NCBI GenBank assembly: GCA_964553825.1
Contig: CAZKLT010000001.1
Coordinates: 126,989 to 190,988 of the forward strand
Direction of reading: 5' to 3'
From: an uncultured Gammaproteobacteria bacterium
GTDB taxonomy: Bacteria > Patescibacteriota > Microgenomatia > UBA10105 > UBA927
Length of the DNA: 64,000 bases
Positions 27,953 to 39,684 of the stretch are shown in pieces. Numbering within the stretch: the first letter of the stretch is position 1; each line of letters opens with the position of its first letter. The position numbers and the translations under genes are program-made. The notes under the pieces are model-generated. The model saw only the letters and a list, made by a program, of their open reading frames with translations, did no database searches and was not told the origin of the DNA.

Positions 27953-30073
27953 ATGGCCAATCCGCAAACAACAGTTACCGAAAATCGAGACGTCCCCTTG
28001 GACAAAGTCCGTAACATTGGCGTTATTGCTCACATTGACGCCGGAAAAACGACAACCACAGAGCGTATTCTTTTTTACACGGGTCGCAGCTATAAAATTG
28101 GTGACATCGATGAAGGCACAACGCAGATGGACTGGATGGAGCAGGAACGTGAGCGCGGTATCACGATCGTTTCTGCAGCTACGACGACGTTCTGGAAAGG
28201 GTATCGTTTCAACATTATCGATACTCCCGGACACGTAGACTTTACCGCCGAAGTTGAGCGGTCGCTGCGCGTTCTTGACGGAGGTATTACCGTTCTTGAC
28301 GCGGAGGAAGGCGTTCAGTCACAGTCTGAGACGGTTTGGCATCAGGCGGATAAATATCGTGTTCCCCGACTGTGCTTCATTAACAAAATGGATAAATTGG
28401 GAGCGGATTTCCGCGCGACTATCAAATCCATTGTGGACCGCCTCGGAGCTAATCCTGCCATTATGGTTGTTCCCATTGGCCGCGAAAATACCTTTAAGGG
28501 CATTGTTGATCTTTTGACACGCAAAGCCCTTATTTGGGGCGGCGATGAACTGGGAGCGCATTTTGAAGAAGCGGAAGTCCCAGAAGACCTGAAGGAAGAG
28601 GTAGAGCAGAGTCGTCACGAACTGATCGAGAAAATTGCTGAAACTGACGATGCGCTGCTTGAGAAATACCTGGGTGGCACTGAACCTACCATTGAAGAGC
28701 TCAAAGCTGCACTTCGGAAAGCAGTTATCGCCTATAAACTCGTCCCCATCTACGCAGGCACCAGTCTTCGCAACAAAGGGGTTCAACCCGTTTTGGATGC
28801 CGTCGTCGATTATCTTCCCAGCCCGCTGGATCTTCCTCCGGTTGAGGGAATTCATCCGCGGACAGGGGAAAAAGTTGCCTATTCTCGCGGAAAAAACGAG
28901 CCGTTTGCCGGTATCGCATTTAAAGTCCAGATTGATCCTCATGTCGGAAAATTGACCTATGTTCGTATCTATTCCGGAAAACTGGAGTCCGGTTCCTATG
29001 CATATAACTCTTCAAAGGGTGTGAAAGAACGCGTCGGGCGTTTGCTTCTTATGCATGCCAACCAGCGCGAGGAAATCCGTGAGGCATATGCAGGTGAGAT
29101 CGTAGCGGTTGTCGGATTTAAGGACACGATTACCGGGGATACGATTTGTGATGAAGCAAACCCGATCGTGCTAGAGAAGATTACGTTCCCGGATCCGGTT
29201 ATCTCCCTTGCCATCGAGCCACAGACGAAAAATGATCAGGAGAAAATGGGTTACGCACTTCAGCGGCTTTCCGAGGAAGACCCTACATTCAAGATTAAGA
29301 GCAATCAGGAAACAAACCAGACGATCATTTGGGGTATGGGTGAGCTTCATCTGGAGATTCTCGTCGACCGCATGAAACGGGAGTTTAAAGTCGAGGCTAA
29401 TGTTGGTGCTCCTCAGGTTGCCTATAAGGAAACGATCAAAGTCATGGCTGAAGGAGAAGGAAAGTACATCAAGCAATCCGGTGGGCGCGGACAGTACGGG
29501 CATTGTTTCATCAAGATTGAGCCCAAGGGTCGAGGCGAAGGATTTGAATTTGTTGACGCTATCAAGGGTGGCGCCATTCCCCGCGAATTTATCGCGCCGA
29601 TCCAAAAGGGCATCGTCGAGGCTATGGAAAACGGGGTGATCGCAGGCTACCCGGTGGTGGATATGAAAGCTACCCTGTATGACGGAACCTATCATGATGT
29701 CGATAGCTCGGAAGTTGCATTTAAGATCGCCGGATCCATGGCATTCCAAAATGCAGCCAAGCAGGCACAGCCGACGCTCCTTGAGCCGATCATGAAAGTC
29801 GAAGTGACGACACCTGACGAATACATGGGAGATATCATCGGAGATCTCGGTGCCAAACGCTCGCAGATCCAGGGCACCAGCAAGCGTGGACACGTGTCTG
29901 TTATTCTGGCATTGGTTCCGCTTTCCGAGCTTTCCGGATACGCAACGGCGCTTCGTAGCATGTCCAAGGGTCGTGCGACCTATTATATGGAGCCATCCCA
30001 CTACGAAGAGGTGCCGCGTAATATCCAGGAAAAGATTATTGCCAAAGAAGGTAGAGTACCGGTTGCCGGCTAA
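27953..30073 (+). CDS. fusA: Elongation factor G
   Basis: [31 protein letters not shown] and HDVDSSE. Confidence 0.99.
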   Translation: MANPQTTVTENRDVPLDKVRNIGVIAHIDAGKTTTTERILFYTGRSYKIGDIDEGTTQMDWMEQERERGITIVSAATTTFWKGYRFNIIDTPGHVDFTAEVERSLRVLDGGITVLDAEEGVQSQSETVWHQADKYRVPRLCFINKMDKLGADFRATIKSIVDRLGANPAIMVVPIGRENTFKGIVDLLTRKALIWGGDELGAHFEEAEVPEDLKEEVEQSRHELIEKIAETDDALLEKYLGGTEPTIEELKAALRKAVIAYKLVPIYAGTSLRNKGVQPVLDAVVDYLPSPLDLPPVEGIHPRTGEKVAYSRGKNEPFAGIAFKVQIDPHVGKLTYVRIYSGKLESGSYAYNSSKGVKERVGRLLLMHANQREEIREAYAGEIVAVVGFKDTITGDTICDEANPIVLEKITFPDPVISLAIEPQTKNDQEKMGYALQRLSEEDPTFKIKSNQETNQTIIWGMGELHLEILVDRMKREFKVEANVGAPQVAYKETIKVMAEGEGKYIKQSGGRGQYGHCFIKIEPKGRGEGFEFVDAIKGGAIPREFIAPIQKGIVEAMENGVIAGYPVVDMKATLYDGTYHDVDSSEVAFKIAGSMAFQNAAKQAQPTLLEPIMKVEVTTPDEYMGDIIGDLGAKRSQIQGTSKRGHVSVILALVPLSELSGYATALRSMSKGRATYYMEPSHYEEVPRNIQEKIIAKEGRVPVAG

Positions 30074-31800
30074 TGCTTTGGAAGAATCGGCGTGCTTATT
30101 GTGGCAAGCTTGTCAAGAATTTCCCCAAGTATCGGATTATCGCTGGTGAGAGGCGCATCCTGATGAGAAAATGAGAGTTCCAGAAATCCGTCTTCATTAG
30201 GCCACTGCGTGATTTCGATCCCCTGGACTTGTACCGCGACTCTTCGGAATAAACGAACAAAGGCGTTCGTTTGGGTATATTGCAAATTATCAACATGATC
30301 CAGATGATATCGGTATTTAAAAAGGTGGTCCATCCAGCGAACAGGAAGGTAGGTTGGTACACGCACTTTATGAATACCAGCATGCCGCATGAGTTCAAGT
30401 GTCGCGGCAAGGCTTACAACTGCAGGTCGCAGTACGTCGTGGATATTTTCCTCCGGATAGTCAGGAATTGAAATTTCGGGTTTAGTTTTTCTCCTCTCGA
30501 CCGCATTCTTATAGGCATCATATTCCGGATCGGGCGGTATCGATTTATCAAGTTGAAACAGTTTTCTCATAAACTGGCTTCTTCGTTTTGGAATGGTTCT
30601 CATGTCCGCAAGTTCAGCGATTGTGGCTGCTCGATGTTTGAGAGAATCAAGCTCAGCGTCCATGAGAAACAGTATGGATCCGTGGTCTTCTTCTGCACCC
30701 GGACGATGGAAACCGCGGGAATTATGTACCCAATGTCGGTAAAACTTATACGACCCGTTGTACAAGTCGGGAAACGTGGTATTCAAGTGTGCAAATAAAA
30801 GGGTAGTAAACTCTGCAGGATCTTCCGTTTCCATGATGTGTTTGGGCACATTTCCGAATATCGCACGAAAATCTTCCGGGTGTTCTTTTGCTATTTTCTG
30901 AAAATATCGCCGGGTAAGATCTGCGTATTCCCGGGCTTTTTCTTCTCGGTATTTAATCAGATCAGTATCTAACGGTTTTTCGCCCATTTGTACCGCATAG
31001 ATGTATGCCGTATTGCCATCTATGCCATAGCGCACAGCTGGCATGAGACCTGCCTCACGAAGCGTGGGGTTTGCATCCGGCACGAGCGTTGCTTGAATTT
31101 CAAACGGCGCTTCCATTTTACTCTCCGCAAGCGAATTGACGATGCGAAGTTCTCCACCGAGCTGTTGAGACGGAATCGTAATAGGGTTTTTGTCCGTAAT
31201 CTGCTCGAAGGGACGATCCGTAATGTGATGGATGCTTCGGTCAATAAATTCTATAGGGTGGGAAAAGTCGTACTCGGTTGCGTTGTACCAGATAAGTGCA
31301 GGCGGAACATTGAACTTTTCATTCCAATTGCGGTCTCGTACCCATGCATCTATATGTTCCAGATTCATCATAGCTGCTTTGTGATACTCATGTAGCTTGA
31401 GAATAAATTGAGGCAAGTCATCTATGATCAGTTCGATCGGCTCACTGAGATGAGCATCGGTTTGTTTGTTGCGTTTCAGCTGATCTTCTTCCCATTTCAT
31501 GGGCCGCACTGGAAGTACGTAGTCGCGAATAATCGTAGTTTGTAGGTGTCGTTCCGGATGGCGAAATCGGATGGCAAATACTGAAGGATTTTCGGGGTTC
31601 TGATACATTGGCATCACTTCTTGCATGGTTTCAAGTACCGTAGGGTCAAGCCGGTGTTCACGCGATAGGTCCTGCCATGCGCGAGAGACAAGCCGATGAT
31701 ATCCCCGTTCATCGATTTCGACAGGGGGGAACGCGCTTGCAGCCGCTTCGGCAAGCGAATGATATGTCGGGGCTGACTCCAGGATGACGTCGTCGGGCAT
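30070..31800 (-). CDS. Large hypothetical protein inserted antisense between fusA and tuf
   Basis: About 576-aa ORF from MPDDV; -10-like GATAAT/TACGAT just upstream; fills the whole gap. Confidence 0.78.
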   Translation of the reverse strand: MPDDVILESAPTYHSLAEAAASAFPPVEIDERGYHRLVSRAWQDLSREHRLDPTVLETMQEVMPMYQNPENPSVFAIRFRHPERHLQTTIIRDYVLPVRPMKWEEDQLKRNKQTDAHLSEPIELIIDDLPQFILKLHEYHKAAMMNLEHIDAWVRDRNWNEKFNVPPALIWYNATEYDFSHPIEFIDRSIHHITDRPFEQITDKNPITIPSQQLGGELRIVNSLAESKMEAPFEIQATLVPDANPTLREAGLMPAVRYGIDGNTAYIYAVQMGEKPLDTDLIKYREEKAREYADLTRRYFQKIAKEHPEDFRAIFGNVPKHIMETEDPAEFTTLLFAHLNTTFPDLYNGSYKFYRHWVHNSRGFHRPGAEEDHGSILFLMDAELDSLKHRAATIAELADMRTIPKRRSQFMRKLFQLDKSIPPDPEYDAYKNAVERRKTKPEISIPDYPEENIHDVLRPAVVSLAATLELMRHAGIHKVRVPTYLPVRWMDHLFKYRYHLDHVDNLQYTQTNAFVRLFRRVAVQVQGIEITQWPNEDGFLELSFSHQDAPLTSDNPILGEILDKLATISTPILPKH

Positions 31801-31851
31801 CGCATTATTATCGTACTTAAATATGTGATGCGGCACAACCGCGCCTGACTC

Positions 31852-31970
31852 TTGCGTTCGTCTGAGCGTGATGGTAAAATGCCAATACCGAATCATCTCA
31901 CAACTCATCATATGCTGATGATGGGCTTATGAGGTGATTTGTCTGTATTGGTTTTTTATTTTTAAGGAGG
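31852..31970 (+). promoter_or_regulatory. tuf promoter and long structured leader
   Basis: TTGCGT-N17-TAAAAT; about 70-nt imperfect hairpin 31882-31951; U-tract; AAGGAGG SD. Confidence 0.65.
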
Positions 31971-31974
31971 CAGC

Positions 31975-33162
31975 ATGGCTGACCAGGCAAAGTTTACTCG
32001 CAACAAACCACATTTGAATATCGGTACGATAGGACATGTTGATCACGGGAAGACCACCCTTACTTCGGCTATTACCCATGTGCTTGCGAAAGCTGGAATG
32101 GCCAAAGCTCTCAAGTACGAAGAAATCGATAACGCCCCGGAAGAGAAGGCTCGTGGCGTCACCATCAACATTCATCATTCAGAATACGAAACCACAAAGC
32201 GTCATTATGCTCACATTGATGCGCCTGGTCATGCTGACTACGTGAAAAACATGATCACCGGTGCCGCTCAGATGGACGGCGCGATTCTCGTGGTTTCCGC
32301 TCCAGACGGCCCCATGCCGCAGACACGGGAACACATTCTTTTGGCCAATCAGGTCAACGTTCCTGCAATCGTCGTCTTCATGAACAAGTGCGACATGGTT
32401 CAGGACAAAGAGCTTCTCGATTTGGTCGAGATGGAAGTGCGTGAGCTTCTTACGAAGTACAAATTTCCTGGCGACAAAGTTCCGGTTATCCGAGGATCCG
32501 CCATCAAGGCGCTTCAAGGTGATGCGGAAGCAGAAGCGAAGATCCAGGAACTCATGGATACGGTAGATTCATATATTCCTGAACCGAAGCGGGAACTGGA
32601 CAAGCCGTTCTCTATGCCGGTTGAGGACGTTTTCTCTATCAAAGGACGAGGAACCGTGGTTACGGGTCGTATCGCCCGAGGGAAGATCAAAGTCAACGAA
32701 TCTGTTGAGATCGTCGGAATCAAGCCAACACAGACGTCTGTCGTGACTGGCGTTGAAATGTTCCGTAAGCTTCTTGATGAAGGTCAGGCTGGCGACAACG
32801 TCGGACTCCTCCTTCGAGGAATTGAAAAAGATCAGGTGGAGCGCGGACAAGTTTTGGCAGCTCCTGGATCAGTTAAGCCGCATACGGAATTTGAAGCGGA
32901 AGTGTATATTCTCGCAAAAGAAGAAGGCGGACGACATACGCCGTTCTTCACGGGATACCGACCGCAGTTTTATATCGGTACCACCGACGTGACGGGAGAA
33001 GTTTCACTTCCGGCTGGAGTGGAAATGGTTATGCCAGGAGACAGTACTAAAATGACAGCGAAACTTATCGTTCCTGTCGCTCTTGAAGAAGGTTTGCGTT
33101 TCGCACTTCGCGAGGGTGGTCATACGGTAGGAGCAGGAGTAGTGACGAAGATTATCGCGTAA
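31975..33162 (+). CDS. tuf: Elongation factor Tu
   Basis: [28 protein letters not shown] and [10 protein letters not shown]. Confidence 0.99.
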   Translation: MADQAKFTRNKPHLNIGTIGHVDHGKTTLTSAITHVLAKAGMAKALKYEEIDNAPEEKARGVTINIHHSEYETTKRHYAHIDAPGHADYVKNMITGAAQMDGAILVVSAPDGPMPQTREHILLANQVNVPAIVVFMNKCDMVQDKELLDLVEMEVRELLTKYKFPGDKVPVIRGSAIKALQGDAEAEAKIQELMDTVDSYIPEPKRELDKPFSMPVEDVFSIKGRGTVVTGRIARGKIKVNESVEIVGIKPTQTSVVTGVEMFRKLLDEGQAGDNVGLLLRGIEKDQVERGQVLAAPGSVKPHTEFEAEVYILAKEEGGRHTPFFTGYRPQFYIGTTDVTGEVSLPAGVEMVMPGDSTKMTAKLIVPVALEEGLRFALREGGHTVGAGVVTKIIA

Positions 33163-33189
33163 GCGCGTATAATTTAGCACTTTAAGACA

Positions 33190-33498
33190 ATGGCAAAAGG
33201 AAGAATTCGAGTACGGCTCAAAGCATACGACAGCAGAATCATTGATGATTGTTGTCAGAAGATTCTTGACACCGCGGTGCGCACGGGTGCTCGTGTGGTG
33301 GGGCCGGTACCGCTTCCGACCGATAAGGAGCATTATAATGTGGCGCGAAGCCCCTTTATTGACCGAAATAGCCGGGAAGATTTTATGATCAAAACGCACA
33401 AGCGACTGGTTGATATCATCGAACCGACGGACAAAACCATTGATCAACTCATGCATTTGGATTTACCGGCAGGAGTAGACGTAGAAATTAAGATGTAA
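33190..33498 (+). CDS. rpsJ: 30S ribosomal protein S10
   Basis: [17 protein letters not shown] and THKRLVDI. Confidence 0.99.
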   Translation: MAKGRIRVRLKAYDSRIIDDCCQKILDTAVRTGARVVGPVPLPTDKEHYNVARSPFIDRNSREDFMIKTHKRLVDIIEPTDKTIDQLMHLDLPAGVDVEIKM

Positions 33499-33511
33499 CC
33501 CCCGGCGCACG

Positions 33512-33638
33512 TTGCGTGGGAGTGGGATACTCTGGTATACTATATATCTTGATATGACGCATCAAACGTTCATGTCATAAGTACACCAAAAGTCTCGGAT
33601 GAGTGAATCGACCTCAACCGGGGTCGATTTTTTTGGTT
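33512..33638 (+). promoter_or_regulatory. Internal promoter and structured leader/attenuator upstream of rplC
   Basis: TTGCGT-N18-TATACT; TATGAC/GTCATA stem; AATCGACC/GGTCGATT followed by a T run. Confidence 0.6.
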
Positions 33639-33645
33639 AAAAACT

Positions 33646-34269
33646 ATGATTGGCGCATTACTTGGATTAAAAGGAACACAATCGCAGATGTTTACCCCCG
33701 AGGGGAAACGGATACCTGTTACGTTGGTGCAGGCTGGTCCGTGCTGGGTTACACATATTGTCGAGGCAGGTTCCTATACGCGAATTCAGCTTGCTTTTGG
33801 AACCAAGAAAAATGTCGCCAAAGCACAAATCGGACACATGAAAAAAGCGGGGTTAGAAATAAAGCCCCGTTTTTTACGGGAAATTCGCGTCGCCGCGCTT
33901 CCGGAAGGTGTGAAGGTAGGAAGTGAATTGAAGGTGGCAGAAGTTTTCGCCGTTGGTGACGAAGTCCAGGTTGTCGGAACAAGCAAGGGGAAAGGATTTG
34001 CAGGCGTTGTGAAACGACACGGATTTAAAGGTGGTCCCCGTACGCACGGTCAATCAGACCGTGAACGTGCACCCGGATCAATCGGTCAGACAACAACACC
34101 GGGACGGGTATATCGCGGCAAACGCATGGCAGGTCGCATGGGGAATGACCGCGTTACTGTTCGCGGTCTTGAGGTTGTTGCCATTGATGCGGACAAGAAT
34201 ACCGTGAGTATCAAAGGATTAGTGCCGGGAGCCACAAATGGGCTCCTTATTATTGAAAAGGCGAAATAA
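33646..34269 (+). CDS. rplC: 50S ribosomal protein L3
   Basis: SKGKGFAGVVKRH, RAPGSIG and MAGRMG. Confidence 0.99.
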   Translation: MIGALLGLKGTQSQMFTPEGKRIPVTLVQAGPCWVTHIVEAGSYTRIQLAFGTKKNVAKAQIGHMKKAGLEIKPRFLREIRVAALPEGVKVGSELKVAEVFAVGDEVQVVGTSKGKGFAGVVKRHGFKGGPRTHGQSDRERAPGSIGQTTTPGRVYRGKRMAGRMGNDRVTVRGLEVVAIDADKNTVSIKGLVPGATNGLLIIEKAK

Positions 34270-34272
34270 TAT

Positions 34273-35004
34273 ATGGTCAAAACGACAAAAACTACCGTTA
34301 AGAAAGCACCGGCAGCCAAAAAATCGGCAGACGCCGCAGGTGCGCAAAAAGCTGTCAAATCCGATGGACTTACGGCTTCCGTTTTGGGTGCAGACGGCAA
34401 AGTCAAAGGGAAAATGACGCTTCCCGAGGAATTATTCGGCCAAAAAGTGAATAAGGACCTTATTGCCCAGGCGATCCGGGTTCATCAGGCGAACCAACGG
34501 GCAGGCGGTGCCGCTACCAAAACACGTGGCATGGTACGAGGTTCAACACGAAAGATTTTCAAGCAAAAAGGCACCGGTCGTGCCCGACACGGTGGTATTC
34601 GAGCACCGATTTTCGTGGGAGGTGGTATCGCATTTGGCCCCGTTCCTCATGATTTTTCTCTGTCACTACCTGTTGTTATGAAGCGCAAAGCACTTGCCAG
34701 CGCACTTTCTGCACAATATTCGGCAGGAAATGTCGTTATTATGGACGACCTTGCGGCGTTGGAGCCGAAAACCAAAAACATGGTTGAGGCATTGGCTGCA
34801 GTGGGAGATCGCACGTCGTTACTACTGGTGCTCTCCAAGGAATCGATGACCGTCGGACGAATCGCGCGAAATATTGCGGATGTTGATGTTATGCCCTATG
34901 TAAGTCTGAATACGTACGATGTAATCATGCACCAGAAAATCGTCATCATGAAAGACGCAGTATCGCAAATGAAAGAAGTCTTTTTGAGGGAAAAGAACGC
35001 ATGA
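34273..35004 (+). CDS. rplD: 50S ribosomal protein L4
   Basis: KQKGTGRARHG and GGGIAFGP; Lys/Ala-rich N-terminal extension. Confidence 0.98.
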   Translation: MVKTTKTTVKKAPAAKKSADAAGAQKAVKSDGLTASVLGADGKVKGKMTLPEELFGQKVNKDLIAQAIRVHQANQRAGGAATKTRGMVRGSTRKIFKQKGTGRARHGGIRAPIFVGGGIAFGPVPHDFSLSLPVVMKRKALASALSAQYSAGNVVIMDDLAALEPKTKNMVEALAAVGDRTSLLLVLSKESMTVGRIARNIADVDVMPYVSLNTYDVIMHQKIVIMKDAVSQMKEVFLREKNA

Positions 35005-35306
35005 GAATAACGATTAAACGCCCGGTAATCACGGAAAAAACGCTTACGCTCGCCACAAAAGGCTGGTATACGTTTGCCGTTGATTCCATGGCCTCAAAGA
35101 AAACGGTCGCTCATGAGGTGGCCTCTTTTTACAAAGTGACGGTAGAGGATGTTCGTACGATCGCCATGCACGGCAAGGTGCGACGCGTAGGGCGAAGCGG
35201 CCGCTCTATGAAGAAGCCAGATTGGAAAAAGGCCATCGTAAAATTGGCAAAAGGGCAGAAAATTGACGCATTTGAAGTAGCACCGGTTTCTGAAGAAAAG
35301 AAATAA
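35001..35306 (+). CDS. rplW: 50S ribosomal protein L23
   Basis: PVITEK and WKKAIVKL. Confidence 0.97.
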   Translation: MRITIKRPVITEKTLTLATKGWYTFAVDSMASKKTVAHEVASFYKVTVEDVRTIAMHGKVRRVGRSGRSMKKPDWKKAIVKLAKGQKIDAFEVAPVSEEKK

Positions 35307-35308
35307 CT

Positions 35309-36061
35309 ATGAAAGAACGGATAAAAAGCTTAACAGTAATATTGCCGAAACGTTCAGGACGTGACGTGCAGGGGCATGTGAGTGTCAGACATCAGGGTGG
35401 CCGGCACAAACGGTTTTATCGTGTCATTGACTGGAAACGTGACAAAGACGGACGACCCGGACGCGTGGTGGCGATTGAGTACGATCCAAACCGTTCAGCC
35501 GAGTTAGCGCTTATCCAGTATGCAGACGGTGAAAAACGATACATTCTGGCACCGGTTGGTCTTTCGGTTGGCATGTCTGTGGCTTCAGGGCCGTCAGTGG
35601 ATATTAAGCCTGGGAATGCATTGCCGCTGGCAAATATGCCTATCGGAACCATGGTTCACGGTGTTGAAATAGTTCCCGGTAGAGGAGCGCAAATGATTCG
35701 AAGCGCCGGATCTGCTGCAATGGTTTTGGCCCGTGATGGCGATCTGGTACAATTAAAGCTTCCTTCAGGAGAAGTACGGGTATTCAAAGGGGAAGCGCGG
35801 GCAACAGTCGGACAAATCGGGAATATTGAGTGGAGGAATAGAGTCATCGGGAAAGCGGGAACCGCCCGCCACATGGGCAGGCGACCGACCGTTCGAGGTG
35901 TCGCGCAGAATCCGCGCAGCCATCCGCACGGAGGAGGCGAGGGACGAAGTGGTATCGGTATGAAATCGCCAAAGAGTCCATGGGGCAAGCGAACACTCGG
36001 AAAGAGAACACGCAAGCGCACGAAATACAGTGATAAACTGATCCTGTCTCGGAGGAAATAA
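35309..36061 (+). CDS. rplB: 50S ribosomal protein L2
   Basis: IEYDPNRSA and HPHGGGEGR. Confidence 0.99.
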   Translation: MKERIKSLTVILPKRSGRDVQGHVSVRHQGGRHKRFYRVIDWKRDKDGRPGRVVAIEYDPNRSAELALIQYADGEKRYILAPVGLSVGMSVASGPSVDIKPGNALPLANMPIGTMVHGVEIVPGRGAQMIRSAGSAAMVLARDGDLVQLKLPSGEVRVFKGEARATVGQIGNIEWRNRVIGKAGTARHMGRRPTVRGVAQNPRSHPHGGGEGRSGIGMKSPKSPWGKRTLGKRTRKRTKYSDKLILSRRK

Positions 36062-36062
36062 T

Positions 36063-36347
36063 ATGGCACGTTCAAGCAAAAAAGGTCCGTACATCGATAA
36101 AAAATTACTTGCAAAAATAATGAAGCAAAAAGCCGGCGGCGACAAAGCAGCCATCAAGACATGGGCACGTGCGTGTCAGATTCCGCCTGAATTTGTCGGA
36201 CACCGGATAGCGGTGCACAACGGTCGCGTGCATTTAGAAATTTTTGTGAATGAATCAATGGTAGGACACCGTCTTGGAGAATTTGCTCCCACCCGGACAT
36301 TTAAAGGTCACGGACAAGTTACGAAGCGAACAATGGATAAAACATAA
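36063..36347 (+). CDS. rpsS: 30S ribosomal protein S19
   Basis: RSSKKGPY and [13 protein letters not shown]. Confidence 0.99.
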   Translation: MARSSKKGPYIDKKLLAKIMKQKAGGDKAAIKTWARACQIPPEFVGHRIAVHNGRVHLEIFVNESMVGHRLGEFAPTRTFKGHGQVTKRTMDKT

Positions 36348-36349
36348 TT

Positions 36350-36694
36350 ATGGAATATCAAGCAACAGCCAAATATATTCGTACGAGTACCCGCAAGCTT
36401 CGGCTTATGGCGGATATGCTGCGCGGTATGAAAGCTTCGGTCGCCTTAGCACAGCTTGCCCACAGCCCGAAATCATCGGCGCAATCCATGATGAAAGCGA
36501 TTGCATCTGCTGTCGCCAACGCCAAGCAGAAGCAGGCAAAAGAAGAGACATTGACAGTAAAAGCAATAGAGGTGATGGGCGGACCGGTTATGAAGCGCTG
36601 GCATGCGGTTTCCCGCGGGCAGGCGCACGCATATAAGAAACGCATGACACATGTACGGGTGATAGTGGTAGATGGCGAGGAGAAAAAGGAGTAA
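36350..36694 (+). CDS. rplV: 50S ribosomal protein L22
   Basis: SAVANA and GPVMKRW..RG; operon position. Confidence 0.96.
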   Translation: MEYQATAKYIRTSTRKLRLMADMLRGMKASVALAQLAHSPKSSAQSMMKAIASAVANAKQKQAKEETLTVKAIEVMGGPVMKRWHAVSRGQAHAYKKRMTHVRVIVVDGEEKKE

Positions 36695-36696
36695 TC

Positions 36697-37377
36697 ATGG
36701 GACAAAAAATTAACCCAAAAGGATTCAGAATCGGTGTTGTCTTTGCCTGGAGCTCACGATGGTTTGCTCCCGGACGACAATACAAAGAACTTGTGTATCA
36801 GGATGCCAAGCTTCGACAGGTGTTATTTGCCAAACTGAAAACGGCAGGGCTCGCACAGGTTGTTATTGAGCGGTCAATTAACAAGATGAAAGTGACATTG
36901 TTTGTGTCACGCCCGGGAATCGTTATCGGTCGGGGTGGTTCTGGTTTGGAAGAGCTCAAGAAGTTCATTGAAAAACATATTCAACTCGGAGCACGGAAAG
37001 ACGCTTACAAGCCCGTAGTCAGGAAGACGGCGGGAGCAGACAGTCGGATGAAGGTTGAGTTAGCAGTTGAGCCAGTGAAAGAGCCGAATCTCAACGCATA
37101 CTTGGTGGGGACAAATATTGCCGACCAGCTGGTGCGACGCATGCCCCATAAGCGGGTTTGTAATCAGGCTATTGAACGCATTATGACGGCAGGCGCACGC
37201 GGTGCGCGCATTATCCTTTCTGGTCGTATCGGCGGAGCAGAGATCGCCCGACGGGAGAAGTATCAGGCAGGAACCGTTCCGCTGTCTACCATACGTGAAG
37301 AGGTTGATTTTGCAACAGTGCCAGCATTGACGAAATCAGGATATGTAGGAATTAAAGTATGGATTTGCAGAAAGTAA
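36697..37377 (+). CDS. rpsC: 30S ribosomal protein S3
   Basis: [21 protein letters not shown] and [11 protein letters not shown]. Confidence 0.99.
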   Translation: MGQKINPKGFRIGVVFAWSSRWFAPGRQYKELVYQDAKLRQVLFAKLKTAGLAQVVIERSINKMKVTLFVSRPGIVIGRGGSGLEELKKFIEKHIQLGARKDAYKPVVRKTAGADSRMKVELAVEPVKEPNLNAYLVGTNIADQLVRRMPHKRVCNQAIERIMTAGARGARIILSGRIGGAEIARREKYQAGTVPLSTIREEVDFATVPALTKSGYVGIKVWICRK

Positions 37378-37381
37378 TACT

Positions 37382-37789
37382 ATGTTAGCGCCAAAAAGAG
37401 CAAAACATCGAAAGCAATTCAGAGGGAAAAGAACCGGAAAATCAATTCGCGGCTCGGTTCTTAACTTTGGTGAATTTGGACTGAAAGCTATGACAGAAGG
37501 CTGGGTTACGAGTCGGCAGATCGAGGCCGCCCGTCGCACGTTAACCCATTATACAAAACGCGGTGGTCGTATTTGGATTCGGATTTTTCCGGACAAACCG
37601 ATTACGAAAAAACCACCGGAAACAAGAATGGGTTCTGGCAAAGGTGATGTCTATGAATATGTAGCAGTTGTGCGTCCCGGACGAATTTTGTTTGAGATGA
37701 GCGGAATTACGCATGAGGATGCAAAGGAGTCCATGAGATTGGCAAGTGCGAAGTTACCGATTCAGACGCGATTCATCACGAAGGAATAA
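37382..37789 (+). CDS. rplP: 50S ribosomal protein L16
   Basis: RQIEAARR and RMGSGKG. Confidence 0.99.
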   Translation: MLAPKRAKHRKQFRGKRTGKSIRGSVLNFGEFGLKAMTEGWVTSRQIEAARRTLTHYTKRGGRIWIRIFPDKPITKKPPETRMGSGKGDVYEYVAVVRPGRILFEMSGITHEDAKESMRLASAKLPIQTRFITKE

Positions 37790-37791
37790 GT

Positions 37792-37992
37792 ATGAAAAAG
37801 AAAGACAAAACAACATTACAGACAATGAAACCGGCTGAGCTTGAGAAAGTGGTCTCAGAGACACAGGCAAAGCTTGCACAGTGGAAGGTAAATCGATATA
37901 GTAAGCAATCTAAAAACGTTCGCGAAAGCCGCGAACTTCGGCGGAAAATAGCAGTAGCTAAAACGATATTGCAGGCTGCCAAGAAAGCATAA
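37792..37992 (+). CDS. rpmC: 50S ribosomal protein L29
   Basis: Position rplP-x-rpsQ; LRRKIAVAKTIL; divergent sequence. Confidence 0.88.
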   Translation: MKKKDKTTLQTMKPAELEKVVSETQAKLAQWKVNRYSKQSKNVRESRELRRKIAVAKTILQAAKKA

Positions 37993-37993
37993 T

Positions 37994-38263
37994 ATGAAAA
38001 AAACAGGTGAAACGTCAGTGAAAAAAATGTTACGGACAATGCGGGGACAGGTCGTCTCAGCCAAGACAGCGAAGACGGTTGTTGTTGCGGTTCAGTCGCA
38101 GTCACGCCATCCGCTCTATAAGAAGTTGGTACGGAGAACCCGACGATTTGCTGCGCACAATGAATCCATGGTGCTTGAAATCGGCGACACCGTTGTGATC
38201 GCTGAAACCAAGCCGATCAGCCGCACGAAGCACTTTTACGTGAAGGAGAAGGTAAACGTATGA
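37994..38263 (+). CDS. rpsQ: 30S ribosomal protein S17
   Basis: GQVVS, HPLYKK and ETKPISRTK. Confidence 0.98.
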   Translation: MKKTGETSVKKMLRTMRGQVVSAKTAKTVVVAVQSQSRHPLYKKLVRRTRRFAAHNESMVLEIGDTVVIAETKPISRTKHFYVKEKVNV

Positions 38264-38634
38264 TTCAGAGACGAACAGCGCTAACGGTCGCCGATAATTC
38301 CGGTGCCCAACAGATGACCGTAATCCATATTTATGGAGCATCGAAGCAGAAATTCGCACGACTTGGCGATATCGTCCAATGTGTGGTTCGGAAAGCCGAC
38401 CCGACCGGTATCGTGAAAGATGATGAGCTGGTCAAAGTCGTCATCGTGCGAACGCGGAAAGAATTCAGGCGTATCGATGGATCGTACATTCGATTTGATG
38501 ACAATGCCGGGGTCGTTATCGACAATCCGGATGACAAGAATCCGCGCGGGACACGCGTATTTGGACCGATTGCACGCGAAGTAAAAGATCGGGGATTTGA
38601 TAAAATAGCCAGCATGGCAGCAGAGGTTTATTAA
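38260..38634 (+). CDS. rplN: 50S ribosomal protein L14
   Basis: VADNSGA, FDDNA and GTRVFGP. Confidence 0.99.
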   Translation: MIQRRTALTVADNSGAQQMTVIHIYGASKQKFARLGDIVQCVVRKADPTGIVKDDELVKVVIVRTRKEFRRIDGSYIRFDDNAGVVIDNPDDKNPRGTRVFGPIAREVKDRGFDKIASMAAEVY

Positions 38635-38635
38635 T

Positions 38636-38941
38636 ATGAAAGTACGAAAAGGTGATCAGGTCATGGTAACAATGGGGAAAGACAAAGGCCGCAAAGGCAA
38701 GATTGAGGCTGTCTATCCCAAAGAAGGCACGGTGCTTATTGCCGGGGTGAATATATACAAGCGCCATCAGAAAAAGCGCGATGAGCGACATCAAGCAGGC
38801 ATTGTGGAATACTCCCGGCCCCTGGCGATGGGGAAAATTGCACTCGTGTGTCCCAAGTGTGGTAAACAAACACGGGCAGGATACATCGTTACGAAAGGCG
38901 CAAAAGAACGTATTTGTAAGAAGTGTGAACAAAGGATATAA
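38636..38941 (+). CDS. rplX: 50S ribosomal protein L24
   Basis: KGDQV..GKDKGRKG KOW motif; CPKC/CKKC. Confidence 0.97.
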   Translation: MKVRKGDQVMVTMGKDKGRKGKIEAVYPKEGTVLIAGVNIYKRHQKKRDERHQAGIVEYSRPLAMGKIALVCPKCGKQTRAGYIVTKGAKERICKKCEQRI

Positions 38942-38943
38942 CT

Positions 38944-39486
38944 ATGCACGCATTTGCCGATAAATATCTGAAAACAATCGTTCCTGAATTTATGACAAAG
39001 CAGGGTGTTGTCAATCGAATGGCAGTACCGAAGCTTGTACGAATTGTCGTGAACTGCGGAATGGGAGAAGCCCTTACGGATAAGAAGGCAATCGAGAAAA
39101 TGTCCGAACAGCTGGCAGTCATCACAGGGCAGAAGCCTCAGTTGACACGATCCAAGCGGGCAATCTCGACATTCAAGCTGCGCGCGGGTGACCCGATCGG
39201 ACTGAAAGTAACGCTCCGTGGAAGACGCATGTATGACTTTTTTCAGAAGCTTATTTCCATCGCACTTCCGCGTGTACGTGATTTCCGCGGCTTGCCCACC
39301 AAGGGGTTTGACGGACGAGGAAACTACACGATGGGACTCAAAGAGCATACGATTTTTCCGGAGCTTGAGTACAGCATGGTAGACCGCGTCCGCGGATTTG
39401 AGATTACCTTTGTTACGACAGCGACGAATGATGATCACGGCAGAACGCTTTTAACCTTATTCGGTATGCCGTTTTCAAAGGAGTAA
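38944..39486 (+). CDS. rplE: 50S ribosomal protein L5
   Basis: ITGQKP and LPRVRDFRG. Confidence 0.99.
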   Translation: MHAFADKYLKTIVPEFMTKQGVVNRMAVPKLVRIVVNCGMGEALTDKKAIEKMSEQLAVITGQKPQLTRSKRAISTFKLRAGDPIGLKVTLRGRRMYDFFQKLISIALPRVRDFRGLPTKGFDGRGNYTMGLKEHTIFPELEYSMVDRVRGFEITFVTTATNDDHGRTLLTLFGMPFSKE

Positions 39487-39487
39487 T

Positions 39488-39673
39488 ATGGCCAAAAAAT
39501 CAGACATTGCGAAATTTCAAAGAAAGCAGAAATATCCGGTACGTCATCGGAACCGCTGTTCGCTCTGTGGACGGGCACGCGCCTATATGGGGAAATTTGG
39601 TGTTTGTCGTATGTGTTTCAGAACGCTTGCTCATAAAGGGGAATTGCCGGGAGTAGTAAAAGCTTCCTGGTAA
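39488..39673 (+). CDS. rpsZ: 30S ribosomal protein S14 (zinc-binding type Z)
   Basis: CSLCGR..CRMCFR and [11 protein letters not shown]. Confidence 0.97.
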   Translation: MAKKSDIAKFQRKQKYPVRHRNRCSLCGRARAYMGKFGVCRMCFRTLAHKGELPGVVKASW

Positions 39674-39684
39674 GAAGGGAAAAT

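Noticed and set aside
29171-30001. 276-aa antisense ORF in fusA (and similar ones in rpoB, rplF-rplR, rplQ-rplM)
   Set aside because: Shadow frames of highly conserved genes; no motifs or initiation signals
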